NCBI GenBank assembly: GCA_963674695.2
Contig: CAXXGI010000002.1
Span: forward strand, 448,001 to 512,000
DNA length: 64,000 nucleotides
Direction of reading: 5' to 3'
DNA from: a bacterium
GTDB taxonomy: Bacteria; UBA10199; 2-02-FULL-44-16; JAAZCA01
Positions 1 through 10,967 of this stretch are shown here, piece after piece. The position numbers and the translations under genes were made by a program. Numbering within the stretch: the stretch's first letter is position 1; each line of letters begins with the position of its first letter. A model generated the notes under the pieces. The model saw only the letters and a list, made by a program, of their open reading frames with translations, was not told the origin of the DNA and ran no database searches.

Positions 1-3000
1 GGGGCCAGGCCAAAGCTCAAACTCATCGACTTCGGCCTGGCCGGCGTCGATCCGCGCGGGAAACTCATCGGCACGCCCTCCTACATGCCGCCCGAGATCA
101 TCAACGTTGAGCCGGCCGATGGGCGCGCGGACCTCTATTCGTTGGGCGTCCTTTGGTACTACGCGCTCATGCGCAAGAATCCCTTTCGTGCGCGCACCAC
201 CGAGGACACGCTCGAGAATCAGCTGCATCGAATTCCGCCGCCCCCGTCGAGCGTTGTGAACGCTCTTCCCCAATGGCTCGACACGATCCTCGGACGTTTG
301 CTCGAGAAAAATCGCGCCAACCGCTTTCCCACCGCCGCGCGCGTCATTCGTGCCATCAATCGGTTTGTCGAGAAACCCTATGCGCTCGAGACGGCCGCAA
401 CGCTGCTCTCCTATCTTCCGGAGGAGGGGCGACTGGTTGGACGCGAGCAGGTGCAGAGCGAACTGCTGACGGAAATGGAGCACTTGAAAGGGACGACGCA
501 GGCGGGGACGAGTTGGTTGCTGCACGGCGTGCGCGGCGGCGGTCGCAGCCGCTGGCTTCGCGAGGCCAAGTATACTGCACAGCTCGGCGATGTGCGCGTG
601 ACGAGCGCGTCGGGTTCGGATGCTGTGCAGGCACAGGCCTTGCTCGAACGGCTGAGTGCGCATTTGGCATCGGGAGAGGGATTCGAGTTCTTCCTGCTCG
701 ACGACGCGCAGGCCCTCATCGACGAGGAGCGCGCCTGGCGTCTGCTCTTGGCGCGCCTGGCGCAGACGCGGCGGCCGGCCGGCGGTGCTTGTGCCATGGT
801 CATCGTCGCTGTGCGCGACGATGAAATCGATGCCGATACGTTGGGGCAGCTGGGCGAACTCTGCTCGAAGACATTTGAGATCGGCACCTTCACCGAGGCG
901 GAGCTGAAATCCTACCTTGTTTCGCTCACCGGCATCGAGGAGCCGCCGTCGGTGCTGCTCGATGGGATCTATCGTCGTACCGATGGCAACCCGATGTTCG
1001 TCACCGAGATCCTGCGTTCGCTCATCCTCTCGGGCGCGCTCTTCGACGAAGGCGGGCGCTGGAACGAGTCGCTCTTCGAGGACGTCGGCGTCGATTTTTC
1101 CCGCATCATCGTGCCGCAGACCATCGGTGCCCTGCTGCGCGAGCAGGCCGGAACGCTTGAGTTGGCAGAGCGGGATATCGTCGAGTTGCTCGCGGCATCG
1201 ACCGAACCGCTGACCGCAACGGTGCTGGGCGCGGGAAGGGATCCGGATGAGGTCGGCGTGGCGCTCACGGCGCTCACCCGCAAGGGGTTTATCGAACGCG
1301 ACGAGGGGATGACCTATCGCTTGCACAACGACCTGATGGGACAGGCCCTCTTCGAGGCCTTGAGCCGTGAACAGCAGCAGCACCTGCACGATCGCCTCGC
1401 GCGTGCGCTGCGCGGGGCAGGGGTCGAGCTCACCCGCGTGGCCCATCACCAGAGCCGCGGGAGCGATCCGGAGGTAGCGCAGGAGGCCTCCTTGGCGCTG
1501 GGCGATATCTATCTCCGGCGCGGGCTGGGGCGTCGCGCTGCCGACTATCTGGAGCGCGCTGAACGGTTGATCCCCGAACACGATGTCGAGCGGCGCATCG
1601 AGGCGGCGATGAAACGCGGGGAGGCGCAGCTGATTAGCCATCGTTACGAGGCGGCCGAGCACACCTTCGAGAAGGTCGATCACCTCTTCGCTGAACTGCC
1701 GGAGAGTTCGCGCCTCAACCCCCTGCACGTGGATGCGCATGTGCGGTTGGGCGGAACCTATCTCAAGCTCGGCGATTTCGAGAGGGCGCTCATGTCCTTT
1801 GCCGAGGCCAAGCGCACGCTCAGCCTCATCGGCGGCGATCCGGTGCGCGAGATCGTCATCGAAAACTTTCGTGCGAGCGCGCTGCTGTCGCAGGGCAAGG
1901 CCGAGGAAGCGAGCAGGGCCTTTGTCGCCTCGAAGGTGGCTTTCGAGGCGCTGCCGGCTGGACGGCGCTCGGCGATCACCAACAACGACCTCGGCATGAG
2001 CCTGCTCGCTCTCGGAAAACTCGACGAGGCCGAGGCCGCCTTCCAGGATGACCTCCAGTTTGCCGAGTCGCTCAAGGATAACTTGCTCATCGCGCGGGTG
2101 CGCTACAACTTTGCGCAGCTGGCCCTTGCGCGTGGTCGATACGATGAGGCGATCATTGCCTTTGAGACCTGTGCCGAGATCTGCAAGCGCTGCAACAACA
2201 CGGAACTCCTGCTGCGCACCTACAACGGTCTGGGCAATCTCTATCGCGGGCAGGGAAAACTCGAGCAAAGCTACGCGGCCTACGCGCGCGGGATTGCGCT
2301 GCACGAGCACCTGGGCGATCCCTCTGGCGGTGCGATTCTGAAGGTGAACCTGGGGATCATCGAGAGCGAGCGCGGCGAGGACGACCAGGCGCTCGACGAT
2401 CTGGTGCCGGCGGTGGACTATTTGCGCAGTGTGCCGCAGAAGACGGCCAACGATCGGGCCGCTCTCTCGCGTGGCTTGCTCGAGATGGGGGATCTGCTTC
2501 AGCGCAAGGGGGATCTCGATGGTGCGCGACGCGCGCTCGAGGAGGCGCGCGGAGTCGCCGAAGAGGAGGCGAGTGCGGCGCCGCAGCGTTTCTGGATTGC
2601 GCTCACCCTCGCCGAGGTGGCGCTGGGCGAGGGCGGCAGCGGACATGAAGAGGAGGTGCAGGAGCTCGTTGCCGAGGTTTCAAATCTCGCCGAGACCGAC
2701 GACGAACGCGAGAAGTCGGTGGAACTCTCGCAGCGCATCGACCAATCGATCGCGCGCACGTCGTCGCCAAAGGAGGCACCGCCGCCGACTGCGGCCGCAC
2801 AAGGGCCCACGTCTGCGCTGTCGGGGATCGACGAGATCTCCGGGCGCGGTCTCCAGGTGTCGGGACGGTGGCCGTCGCCGGAGACGCCGCAGCTGGCGGC
2901 GGTCGACCGGTATACGCGTTTGCTTGAGATCAACCGGCTCATCAACGCCGAGAGCGATCTGACCTATGTGCTCAACTCTGTGCTCTATGCCGCCGCGGAG

Positions 3001-4677
3001 CTGGCAGGCGCTGCGCGCGGCGCGGTGATGTTGATCACCTCGGCTGGTGAGCCCACCGTGATTTGCCAGCACAACATGGCTGTCGAGGCCCAGGAGGGGA
3101 TCATCAGCCATTCGCTGATCACCCGCACGTTGCAGGAGGGGCGCGTGATCGTCACCGACGACGCGCTGTCCGATGAGCGCTTCTCCGGCGAGGAGTCAGT
3201 GGTGGCCCATCGCTTCAAGTCGGTGCTCTGTGCGCCCATTCGCGCGCGTCGGCGCGTGATCGGCATCCTCTATCTGGATCATCCCGCGCGCACGGCGGCG
3301 TTTGCGCACATCGACCTGGGGCTCTTGGACGCCTTCTGCGATCAGGCGGGGCTGGCCATCGAAAACGCCCAGCTGCGTGAACGCGCCCTGCGCCCCGACG
3401 GACGCACCGAGGCCAAGGCCCGCGTGGAGGATATGCATCAGGAGCGCGAGCGCGACGCGATGCCGGTGCACTCGACCTACGTGCCGACGCAGAGCTTTGG
3501 CGTGATCGGAAAGAGTAAGTCCATGCAGGAGATCTTAAAGCTCTTGGACAAGATCGCGGATACGGACCTGGCGGTTCTGCTCTTCGGCGAGTCGGGCACC
3601 GGAAAAGAGTTGGTTGCGCGCGCGTTGCATGAAAATCATCGTCGTCGTCGGAGCGAACGCTTCGTTGCGGTTAACTGCGGTGCCATTCCCGGAACGCTCA
3701 TGGAGTCGGAGCTCTTCGGCCACAAGGCGGGCGCATTCACGGGTGCGGTGCGCGACAAGAAGGGACTCTTCGTCGAGGCCGATGGCGGAACGCTCTTCCT
3801 CGACGAGGTGGCTGAACTCGACCTGATGCTTCAGGTGAAACTCCTGCGCGCCCTTCAGGAGAAGGAATGCACGCCGGTGGGCGGTACGCATACCGTACGC
3901 TGCGATGTGCGCGTCGTGGCGGCGAGCAACCGCGACGTCGAGGCGCTCATGCGCAAGGAGCGCTTTCGCGAGGATCTCTACTATCGCCTCTGCCAGATCC
4001 GCGTCGAGATTCCGCCTCTGCGCACGCGCCACGAAGACATCCCGCTGCTCGTCGAGGAGTTCATCGCCGAGTCACGGCCCGGCGAGAGCATCATGGTGGC
4101 GCCTTCCCTCATGGGGCATCTGCTCACCTACCCCTGGCCGGGAAACGTGCGCGAGCTCAAGAACCTGATCGAAGTCGCCTGTGCGCTTGCGGAGGGGAGC
4201 GTCATCGATGAACGCGCCGTGCCCGACAGCTATGAGATCACCAAACAGATTCGCGGTGGCGGCGAAGTGGAATTATCGACTGACTCGCTCATCGAATCGA
4301 TGTCAGGCGATCTCTGGATCGACGAGGAGAATACCTACGATTCCGAGACCTCCTGGAAGGGGTACGAGCGTGTGATCATCGCCAAGGCCTTCGAGGCGAA
4401 TCAGTTTCAGGCGCGTCCGGCAGCTGCAGAGCTGGGTCTCTCGGTCACCACGCTCTACAAGCGTATCGCCGAATGGGATCTGAAAAACCGCGACAATCCG
4501 GTCTACCGTGACCCCTTTCGCTATGTGCGGGGAAAGACGCTCTCGGAATACCTCACGCTCGTCTTCACCGCGGCTTACGAATATTCCGATCGGCGCTCCT
4601 ACATCGCCATCGCCAACCTGCGCGTGAGCCAGGGCCATTTTTATAAGGTGATGAAAAATCGTCGCGAGAAAGAATGA
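1..4677 (+). CDS. Ser/Thr kinase - AAA/STAND-like ATPase - TPR - GAF - sigma54-dependent enhancer-binding protein (5' partial)
   Basis: Frame 1 is open from base 1 with kinase motifs [16 protein letters not shown] and DLYSLG. It also has a degenerate P-loop [11 protein letters not shown]-like helices, a GAF-like segment (SVLCAPI...IGILYLD), bEBP motifs [37 protein letters not shown] and WPGNVREL, and a C-terminal Fis-type HTH. Confidence 0.9.
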   Translation, partial: GARPKLKLIDFGLAGVDPRGKLIGTPSYMPPEIINVEPADGRADLYSLGVLWYYALMRKNPFRARTTEDTLENQLHRIPPPPSSVVNALPQWLDTILGRLLEKNRANRFPTAARVIRAINRFVEKPYALETAATLLSYLPEEGRLVGREQVQSELLTEMEHLKGTTQAGTSWLLHGVRGGGRSRWLREAKYTAQLGDVRVTSASGSDAVQAQALLERLSAHLASGEGFEFFLLDDAQALIDEERAWRLLLARLAQTRRPAGGACAMVIVAVRDDEIDADTLGQLGELCSKTFEIGTFTEAELKSYLVSLTGIEEPPSVLLDGIYRRTDGNPMFVTEILRSLILSGALFDEGGRWNESLFEDVGVDFSRIIVPQTIGALLREQAGTLELAERDIVELLAASTEPLTATVLGAGRDPDEVGVALTALTRKGFIERDEGMTYRLHNDLMGQALFEALSREQQQHLHDRLARALRGAGVELTRVAHHQSRGSDPEVAQEASLALGDIYLRRGLGRRAADYLERAERLIPEHDVERRIEAAMKRGEAQLISHRYEAAEHTFEKVDHLFAELPESSRLNPLHVDAHVRLGGTYLKLGDFERALMSFAEAKRTLSLIGGDPVREIVIENFRASALLSQGKAEEASRAFVASKVAFEALPAGRRSAITNNDLGMSLLALGKLDEAEAAFQDDLQFAESLKDNLLIARVRYNFAQLALARGRYDEAIIAFETCAEICKRCNNTELLLRTYNGLGNLYRGQGKLEQSYAAYARGIALHEHLGDPSGGAILKVNLGIIESERGEDDQALDDLVPAVDYLRSVPQKTANDRAALSRGLLEMGDLLQRKGDLDGARRALEEARGVAEEEASAAPQRFWIALTLAEVALGEGGSGHEEEVQELVAEVSNLAETDDEREKSVELSQRIDQSIARTSSPKEAPPPTAAAQGPTSALSGIDEISGRGLQVSGRWPSPETPQLAAVDRYTRLLEINRLINAESDLTYVLNSVLYAAAELAGAARGAVMLITSAGEPTVICQHNMAVEAQEGIISHSLITRTLQEGRVIVTDDALSDERFSGEESVVAHRFKSVLCAPIRARRRVIGILYLDHPARTAAFAHIDLGLLDAFCDQAGLAIENAQLRERALRPDGRTEAKARVEDMHQERERDAMPVHSTYVPTQSFGVIGKSKSMQEILKLLDKIADTDLAVLLFGESGTGKELVARALHENHRRRRSERFVAVNCGAIPGTLMESELFGHKAGAFTGAVRDKKGLFVEADGGTLFLDEVAELDLMLQVKLLRALQEKECTPVGGTHTVRCDVRVVAASNRDVEALMRKERFREDLYYRLCQIRVEIPPLRTRHEDIPLLVEEFIAESRPGESIMVAPSLMGHLLTYPWPGNVRELKNLIEVACALAEGSVIDERAVPDSYEITKQIRGGGEVELSTDSLIESMSGDLWIDEENTYDSETSWKGYERVIIAKAFEANQFQARPAAAELGLSVTTLYKRIAEWDLKNRDNPVYRDPFRYVRGKTLSEYLTLVFTAAYEYSDRRSYIAIANLRVSQGHFYKVMKNRREKE

Positions 4678-4687
4678 CGTATGCGCC

Positions 4688-4708
4688 TGTCATCCCCGCG
4701 AAAGCGGG
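4688..4708. repeat. truncated copy of TGTCAT(T/C)CCC palindromic intergenic repeat (dRS3/REP-like)
   Basis: tgtcatccccgcgaaagcggg matches the first hairpin of the fuller copies at 13690, 35671 and 62445. Confidence 0.55.
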
Positions 4709-4755
4709 CCTACGCCGCGCCGTAGTCGATTTGTAGCGCACTCAAGGGGGATTGT

Positions 4756-5202
4756 ATGAGATCTGTTTGCATCTGTTGCGTATTAGTTCTCCTCACCACC
4801 GCCTGCTCGCTGCGCGTGCCTGGTCTGGACGACCGCGTGGGCGACTTTGAGAAGTCGAATTTCGAGGCCAAGCAGGTGGCACGGCGCATCGCGTTTCAGA
4901 TGCGCGTAGTGCGCTCGCGCCCGATTATCAATGCCAAGACCAAGGATCCGGGTGTCGAGGTGACGGTCCAGGAGAAGGGTCGAAAGTACAACTTTAAGGT
5001 CTATAAAATCGCCTCCGAGGCGAACCTCAAGCGCATCGTCGCGACCTTTGACGGTATCGAGACGGTGTCGGCCGCGAAATCCAAGCAGGTCCGAAAGTGG
5101 CGCTATATGTCCCGCAAGGATCTCCTCTTCGACTATATGCTCATGCCCAGGGATATGGACGACGAGTTGGAGAAGCGATTTAAAAAGGCCGTCACACGCT
5201 GA
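4756..5202 (+). CDS. hypothetical lipoprotein
   Basis: 148-aa ORF with RBS aagggggg-like motif and a hydrophobic N-terminus ending in lipobox-like LTTA-C. Confidence 0.7.
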   Translation: MRSVCICCVLVLLTTACSLRVPGLDDRVGDFEKSNFEAKQVARRIAFQMRVVRSRPIINAKTKDPGVEVTVQEKGRKYNFKVYKIASEANLKRIVATFDGIETVSAAKSKQVRKWRYMSRKDLLFDYMLMPRDMDDELEKRFKKAVTR

Positions 5203-5206
5203 AACG

Positions 5207-5233
5207 AAAACCGGCCCCAAAAGAGGGGCCGGT
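5207..5233 (-). terminator. intrinsic terminator between convergent genes
   Basis: Stem accggcccc/ggggccggt; the A-run on the left reads as a U-tail on the minus strand. Confidence 0.7.
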
Positions 5234-5257
5234 GGTGGTTTGCCGTGTAACCGAGGT

Positions 5258-8251
5258 CTACTGGAGGCACATGAGGCCCGCGCACGGACAGGCACCGTTG
5301 CCGATGTCATCGCCGTCAAAGCAACCGATCCCCCAGACTTCCTCGTCTGAGGAATTGATGTACATCGTCATGCAGGAGATCGCGTCATCCACGTCGCCTT
5401 CGTTGACGCCCATTCCGGAGAGCATCCCACTCAAGTCAGCGTAGTTCACGCCGCCTGCGGCACCGCATGCGTCACCGACAACGAGAGTCGAACACGGGTT
5501 TCCTCCCGCATCATCCGTACACAACGGCGTATCCTGATACCTCTCACTCCACCGGGTGAAGGACAGGGAGTCATAGCTGTGCAGCGCGCTGTTATAATCC
5601 CAGAAGTTGTAGAGGATCAGCTTAAAGTCGGTGGTGCTGGTGCGATGGATGTGCATCTGCATGCGGACCTTTTCACCACTTTCGCAGTTGCCTTCAGCCG
5701 TGTCGGTTCCATACGCACACTCGATGCTGCCGAAGCTCTCCGGTGAATTGTGAGAACCGGGAAAGAGTTGCGGTGATTGTAGGACGAAAGAAGAAAGATT
5801 GACGACATCCCGCGAGACGTTCGCCACCGCGACCATCGGCTGGTTCCCGATCTCTCCTTGCGTTCCATCCCAACCGGTCATGTCGCGCAGCGTCAGTTGG
5901 TAGTTGTCCCCTCCCATGTCGTTGCAGTCGAGATAGAGCTTGCTGTCTATTGGCACGGCAGCAACGTTGAGGGAGGTGAGCTGGGCCTGATCGATCCAGT
6001 CGGGTGGGTTGCCTTGGAAGCCCGTGTTCTGCATGCTGCCATAAAAACCCTCGATGGCGTTGCAGACGTTTCCATTTCCATCCGACAGCGGAATGTTCGC
6101 CGCTATGGAGGATGCGTCGAAGAAAAACGGCGCGAAGAAGTTGAGGGCGCAGACGTCGATCGCGTACGGTAATATGCCGACATTGTTCATACAATAGGCG
6201 CTCACGCAGTTGTAGCAGTCTCCTTCAGGAATCGAGTCCGCATCAACGCCTGAGCAGGCCATCTCGCACTCTACCGGGAATCGGTCGGCATCTTCACTAT
6301 TATCATCATCATCATCATCGCCAGAGCCGGCGGGTGCGTCGCAGGCGTTTCCGTCGGCGATGGAGGCGACATAGGCCGAATACGGCAGACAGCCCGAATG
6401 CGAAATGCCTTCGCGGTCGTCATAGCCGACATAGGTGCTCAGGCAGGCGATCCATGCATCGCGGTCGTTGTTCCACGCAGCTGGGAGCGTATCCGAGTTC
6501 GTGAAAATCGTCGAGAGGTCAGTATAGTCAAAGGTATCGCCGTCTCCGGGGTTTCCTCCACTATAGGTGCATGAATATCCGCTGAATAAATTGTTGCATG
6601 CGCAGAAGCTCCCGTTCACCTCGGTGTCGCACATCTCTGGTGTCCCGCCGCTCCATCCGCATGAGCCCCCATCGTCGTCATCGTCGCCGAGCCCGCCAAT
6701 GCCGCCTACCATCAGGCTCATCAGGCCCGTTCGCTGCAAGATGACCAGCATGCCGGCGCCGGAGCACTGTTCCTGTCCGTCGGCACGATCGGCCAGGAGC
6801 TGAAAACACATCGTGAAACAGGGCGCCAGGTTGAGATCGGCACCGAAATTGCCGTTCAGTATGCCGGTGACCAACTCGTCTTGGACGCTTTGCATCTCCA
6901 GGATGCTCGCCATAAAATCGACCAGGTCCACGCCCTCGGTGGCGTCGCTCAGACAGGCGGTGACCCGGTTGAGTTCGGCCGGTGGGGTGTTGTTCGTCAC
7001 GTTGGAGATGAGATCGGCAAGACCGTCGCCACCACCATCATCATCATCTATGCTCGCCATCATGAACATCGTGAGGAAGACCTCGTGCTGGCCGCGACAC
7101 TTGTTGACCATACTGGCGGTGACGGCGTTTCCGGTTTTATAGTTGCAGTTGGTGTCCTCAACCAGATCTGAAATCGCGCTCAGTGCGGTGATGACGCGTC
7201 CATCTTGGGCATCGTAACAGCGCAGAAATCCACCCACGGTCGCATCATATCCGCTGCAATCGACGTCATCATCCATCTGTTGGGTGAGAATCGTTTCGTA
7301 GGTGCGCATGAGGGCCATGGTGCCCTGCATCGACTTGCTCGGATCGGCCCCGCCCTCTCTTGCACGCTGGAGGACCAGGTTGACCATCGTGGCATCGTTG
7401 ACGAAGCGCCATTCGCAGGCGGCAAGCGCCATGCCGAACTCCTCGGGTTCGGTCAGCTCGGCAAAATTCACCTGTTTGAGGATGTTGACAAAATCGCCGA
7501 CCGTTTCGTTTGCACCGCCGACGGCGATGCGCGCACGGACGAGCGCGTCGATTCCATTGCCATAGTTCTGGATGAAGAAGAGCTTGAGGTTTGCCACATC
7601 GCGCAAGACCGCGTCGATGTCGTCATACCCCTGTGGGTCCTGATGGAAGATGTGCGCGGCCACGAGATAGACGCTGGGAAGCCCCGTGGCGACATCCATG
7701 CTGATGCTGGCGTCGGCGGCCAGTTCCTCGTCGCTGAGGAAGGCGAGCGCCATGGTCGTTCCTTCATGGATCTCGCCGCAGGCGACATCGATCGACCCTT
7801 CGGTGGTGACGTTCGCACAGAGCCCCTCGATGAAGCAGTCGCTCTCGAGGTGCAGGATGGCCCCTTCGGTGGGGAGCAGGCTCGCATCCGTGACGTCGCA
7901 GGAAAAAGCGCCGACGGTGTCGACGACACAGGAGGCGATCTCCGTCGCGCCATCGAGCACCGAGATGGTGCAGCCAGTCAGCGGAACGGTTCCGGCCTCT
8001 TTGGCCACCGCTGCGCTGAGGGCATCCTCCGGCGTCATGGCCGCGATGACAGCGTCGGTCGGGATGGATGCCGTTCCGGCAAAGGTCGCCAGCGGCGGCG
8101 GGGTGGTCTCCCCCCCCTCGGTTCCCGCACCAGCGGTCGTTGCACCGGCCCCGCTGCCGCTTCCGCCGCACCCGATCCAGAAGAGGATCGCGCAGCTCAA
8201 CGCTACGAGCATCATCGTCCAGGAACGATTTCGATAGGATGTGTTCTTCAT
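5258..8251 (-). CDS. large acidic Cys-rich surface lipoprotein
   Basis: 997 aa with lipobox LFWIG-C, poly-Asp linkers (GDDDDD) separating Cys-rich modules, and a gggg-type RBS. Confidence 0.8.
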   Translation of the reverse strand: MKNTSYRNRSWTMMLVALSCAILFWIGCGGSGSGAGATTAGAGTEGGETTPPPLATFAGTASIPTDAVIAAMTPEDALSAAVAKEAGTVPLTGCTISVLDGATEIASCVVDTVGAFSCDVTDASLLPTEGAILHLESDCFIEGLCANVTTEGSIDVACGEIHEGTTMALAFLSDEELAADASISMDVATGLPSVYLVAAHIFHQDPQGYDDIDAVLRDVANLKLFFIQNYGNGIDALVRARIAVGGANETVGDFVNILKQVNFAELTEPEEFGMALAACEWRFVNDATMVNLVLQRAREGGADPSKSMQGTMALMRTYETILTQQMDDDVDCSGYDATVGGFLRCYDAQDGRVITALSAISDLVEDTNCNYKTGNAVTASMVNKCRGQHEVFLTMFMMASIDDDDGGGDGLADLISNVTNNTPPAELNRVTACLSDATEGVDLVDFMASILEMQSVQDELVTGILNGNFGADLNLAPCFTMCFQLLADRADGQEQCSGAGMLVILQRTGLMSLMVGGIGGLGDDDDDGGSCGWSGGTPEMCDTEVNGSFCACNNLFSGYSCTYSGGNPGDGDTFDYTDLSTIFTNSDTLPAAWNNDRDAWIACLSTYVGYDDREGISHSGCLPYSAYVASIADGNACDAPAGSGDDDDDDNSEDADRFPVECEMACSGVDADSIPEGDCYNCVSAYCMNNVGILPYAIDVCALNFFAPFFFDASSIAANIPLSDGNGNVCNAIEGFYGSMQNTGFQGNPPDWIDQAQLTSLNVAAVPIDSKLYLDCNDMGGDNYQLTLRDMTGWDGTQGEIGNQPMVAVANVSRDVVNLSSFVLQSPQLFPGSHNSPESFGSIECAYGTDTAEGNCESGEKVRMQMHIHRTSTTDFKLILYNFWDYNSALHSYDSLSFTRWSERYQDTPLCTDDAGGNPCSTLVVGDACGAAGGVNYADLSGMLSGMGVNEGDVDDAISCMTMYINSSDEEVWGIGCFDGDDIGNGACPCAGLMCLQ

Positions 8252-8323
8252 GATGCTACCCCCGCTTGAATTCCTACGATAGTACCAATGTGCACAGATC
8301 CTCTCTGTTCATCAGAATCATCC

Positions 8324-10765
8324 TCAAAACATGGCGCAGATGGGGTACGATGAGTCAATCGCACAGCCGTCCGCGATGCATTGCATGCATGCGCCAAAGA
8401 ATGGATTTCCGGTGTCATCAGGACCCTGAAGTGTTCCACAATACTCGTCGCTATTACACTCCGGCGGTATTTCATCGCCACCACCACCATCATCGTCATC
8501 ATCATCGCCACCGCCGCCGACACTGTTCGGGTCGTAATAGACCTTGGTGCACGATACAGGGTTTTCTCCTGATTCGGCGTCAGCCGGGATGGGACCGAAC
8601 CCGCAGTGGATGGCCATGCAGCCTGCTTCTCCCAACTCGCTGAAGCCGTTATAGTTCAGGCAGTACTTTTCATCGACCCAGCAGCCCAGCTGCGGTCCGC
8701 TCCAGCTTCCGGTCAGCGGCCAGTTGCTCAGATGGTAATAGGTATCCGCAACGGTTTGGTGATTGTCGCCGTCAAAGGTGAGGTCGAAGAGGTCTTCTCG
8801 CGTGTCACGATCGATGAACATGGGAGTGAGGTCAACGCCATCACCGTTGTACTTGGCGAGATTGAAGCGGCACTCCGAGTCGAGGCTCATCGCCAGCGTT
8901 CCGTCGGGGAGGATGTTGAGCGCATTGAGTCCAGCGATGTAGGTTGCGACTGCGGCTTCATCACCTTCAATGCCCGAGCAATCATCTTCAACCCAGTCAT
9001 AGCTGGCTCCGCCTTCATCCCGAGGGGCGGCGTCCCATAGGGTTTGTGAGCGTACGCTACAAGCGCCTCCTCCATCGTCATCATCGCCCTGCTGATCATC
9101 ATCATCATCACCCTGCTGATCATCATCATCATCGTCACCATCACCGTTATCGCCGCCCATCAGCGCCATCGGGTCGCCATCGGCGGCGAGGCGGACGATT
9201 CGCGTCATGCGGGAATCGATCATGACCGGTCCGTATGCAGGGAGCATGCAGGGCAGGCTCTCATCCATGCTGCCCAGGATATTGATGCCAAGGGCCTCGC
9301 CACAGACGGAGAGGCAGTCGATCCATTCCACCGTATCCTCCAGATCGACAGCACCCTGGGTCAGGTCTTGTCCATTCAGGATTCCACCGATGAAGTCGGC
9401 GGCGCCACCGCCGGCATCTTTGAACTTGGGCGAGGCGCTCGGGTTCACGGCTACGTTGGCCAGCTCGATGAGCGAGTGGCCGGGGATATCTCCGGCCATC
9501 ATGATCAGCATAAAGTCGCTCATGCCGTTGGGCATCGTGGTGATCGAGCAGGTGGCCGCTTGGCTCATCGCGGCGAGGGTGGCGGTATCAAGGCTCTCGC
9601 TCTGCAGGTCCACGCCCAGCGTCATGACGCCGAAGCCAAAGGCCTTCATGTGATCGCGGCAGACCTGCCAGCCGTCGGCCGAGGCGATGCCGCTCGGGCG
9701 CATCGTTGCTGAGACGCAGGCGGAGGTGATGGCACCGCCGCTCATCGCGTTGAGGACGAACTGACTGATCTGCGCGCCGCCCTCTTGGGCCAGCATCGCG
9801 GCATAGACCTCGTCGTAGCTGTCGCCCATGGCCCCCAGGTCGCGCAGGTAGTCGGTCAGGGCAAAGGCACCGAACATGAGCTGGGCGCGATTGGTGACGC
9901 CTTCCATCGCCATCATGGTGCCGAACATGCTGGACTGAATCGCTTCCGGTTCGAGGCTCAACACCGCGAAGAGCAGGTCATCGTCGGCGAGCGCCGCGGC
10001 GTTTTCGGTGATGACCAGCAGATACGGAACGATCGGCGTGATGTATCCATCGATGGCGGCGGAAAGGCCGTCGCCGAAGTTTTCCACGAAGGCCACGCGC
10101 CAGGCATAGATCTGAGCCAGCGCGGTATCGGTCGCTTCCGTCGCAGCGGAGAGATCGGCGTTGCCCATCGCCAGCGCGGCGGTGAAGCGATCGACGATCG
10201 CGGCGACGTTTGCGCCCATGGCCTTGCCCGTGTTTTCGCTCATGTTGGCGATGCTGGCCTGAACCGATTCATTCTGGAATGCCCAGTAGGCGAGCGTGGA
10301 GTCCATGTCGAAGCTGCCCGCATCGAAGGAGGCGCCATCGGGCATCGTGAAGGTGACTGCTCCCTGAATCAGGGGTTCGGTACCGCCTTCGGGCATGACC
10401 GTGAGGACCAGTTCGCTGCCGTCGGCCGGGATTTCACCCAGTTCATAGAAGGGGCAGTCCAGGATGCTGCTGAGGACCGTGCAGCTGACGACGGTTTCGC
10501 CGTTCAGCGCGAGGGTGGCGTCGTAGCTGACGCCGCTGATGTCGGCCACGGCCGAGGCATCGGCGCCCAGGACGGAACCCGCCGTTGGCGTGATGACGCT
10601 GCCGCTGATCGTCAGGATCGGGACCGGAGCGGAATCATCTCCCCCTCCTCCCCAGCCCTCGGGCGGATTCACGCCGGAGGAGCAGCCGAGCCAGAAGAGC
10701 ACGACGGTTGTGACCATGATGGCTATCGTCGAGAAGTAACGATACGTCAGTCTGTTGTTCCTCAT
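8324..10765 (-). CDS. large acidic Cys-rich surface lipoprotein, paralog of 5258-8251
   Basis: Start moved to ATG 10765 (MRNNRL, gggggt RBS). Lipobox LFWLG-C and the same architecture with poly-Asp linkers. Confidence 0.8.
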   Translation of the reverse strand: MRNNRLTYRYFSTIAIMVTTVVLFWLGCSSGVNPPEGWGGGGDDSAPVPILTISGSVITPTAGSVLGADASAVADISGVSYDATLALNGETVVSCTVLSSILDCPFYELGEIPADGSELVLTVMPEGGTEPLIQGAVTFTMPDGASFDAGSFDMDSTLAYWAFQNESVQASIANMSENTGKAMGANVAAIVDRFTAALAMGNADLSAATEATDTALAQIYAWRVAFVENFGDGLSAAIDGYITPIVPYLLVITENAAALADDDLLFAVLSLEPEAIQSSMFGTMMAMEGVTNRAQLMFGAFALTDYLRDLGAMGDSYDEVYAAMLAQEGGAQISQFVLNAMSGGAITSACVSATMRPSGIASADGWQVCRDHMKAFGFGVMTLGVDLQSESLDTATLAAMSQAATCSITTMPNGMSDFMLIMMAGDIPGHSLIELANVAVNPSASPKFKDAGGGAADFIGGILNGQDLTQGAVDLEDTVEWIDCLSVCGEALGINILGSMDESLPCMLPAYGPVMIDSRMTRIVRLAADGDPMALMGGDNGDGDDDDDDQQGDDDDDQQGDDDDGGGACSVRSQTLWDAAPRDEGGASYDWVEDDCSGIEGDEAAVATYIAGLNALNILPDGTLAMSLDSECRFNLAKYNGDGVDLTPMFIDRDTREDLFDLTFDGDNHQTVADTYYHLSNWPLTGSWSGPQLGCWVDEKYCLNYNGFSELGEAGCMAIHCGFGPIPADAESGENPVSCTKVYYDPNSVGGGGDDDDDDGGGGDEIPPECNSDEYCGTLQGPDDTGNPFFGACMQCIADGCAIDSSYPICAMF
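9075..9140. repeat. 24-bp coding tandem repeat (QQGDDDDD linker)
   Basis: ccctgctgatcatcatcatcatc occurs twice with 24-bp period. Confidence 0.75.
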
Positions 10766-10815
10766 AAGACCACCCCCGAAGATGGAGTCAGACACCTCTG
10801 TTCAACTCCTATGAG

Positions 10816-10832
10816 AGCAAGTTGCGTGCCAA
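10816..10832 (-). promoter_or_regulatory. sigma54 (-24/-12) promoter of the lipoprotein pair
   Basis: Minus strand reads TTGGCACGCAACTTGCT, a perfect TGGCACG-N4-TTGC match about 50 nt upstream of the start. Confidence 0.85.
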
Positions 10833-10967
10833 AGATGGGGGCTTCAATGTGAGAACTATCTATTTGAAATTATAGCGATATTTCGATTTGCGGGTTTTTT
10901 GGCGGGGGGGCGAAATGTCGGGAAATACCCAGGAGTGTCAACGAACTGACATCGTATTGAAATTCTG

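Noticed and set aside
5258-10765. Multiheme cytochromes
   Set aside because: The proteins have many Cys residues but no CxxCH motifs.
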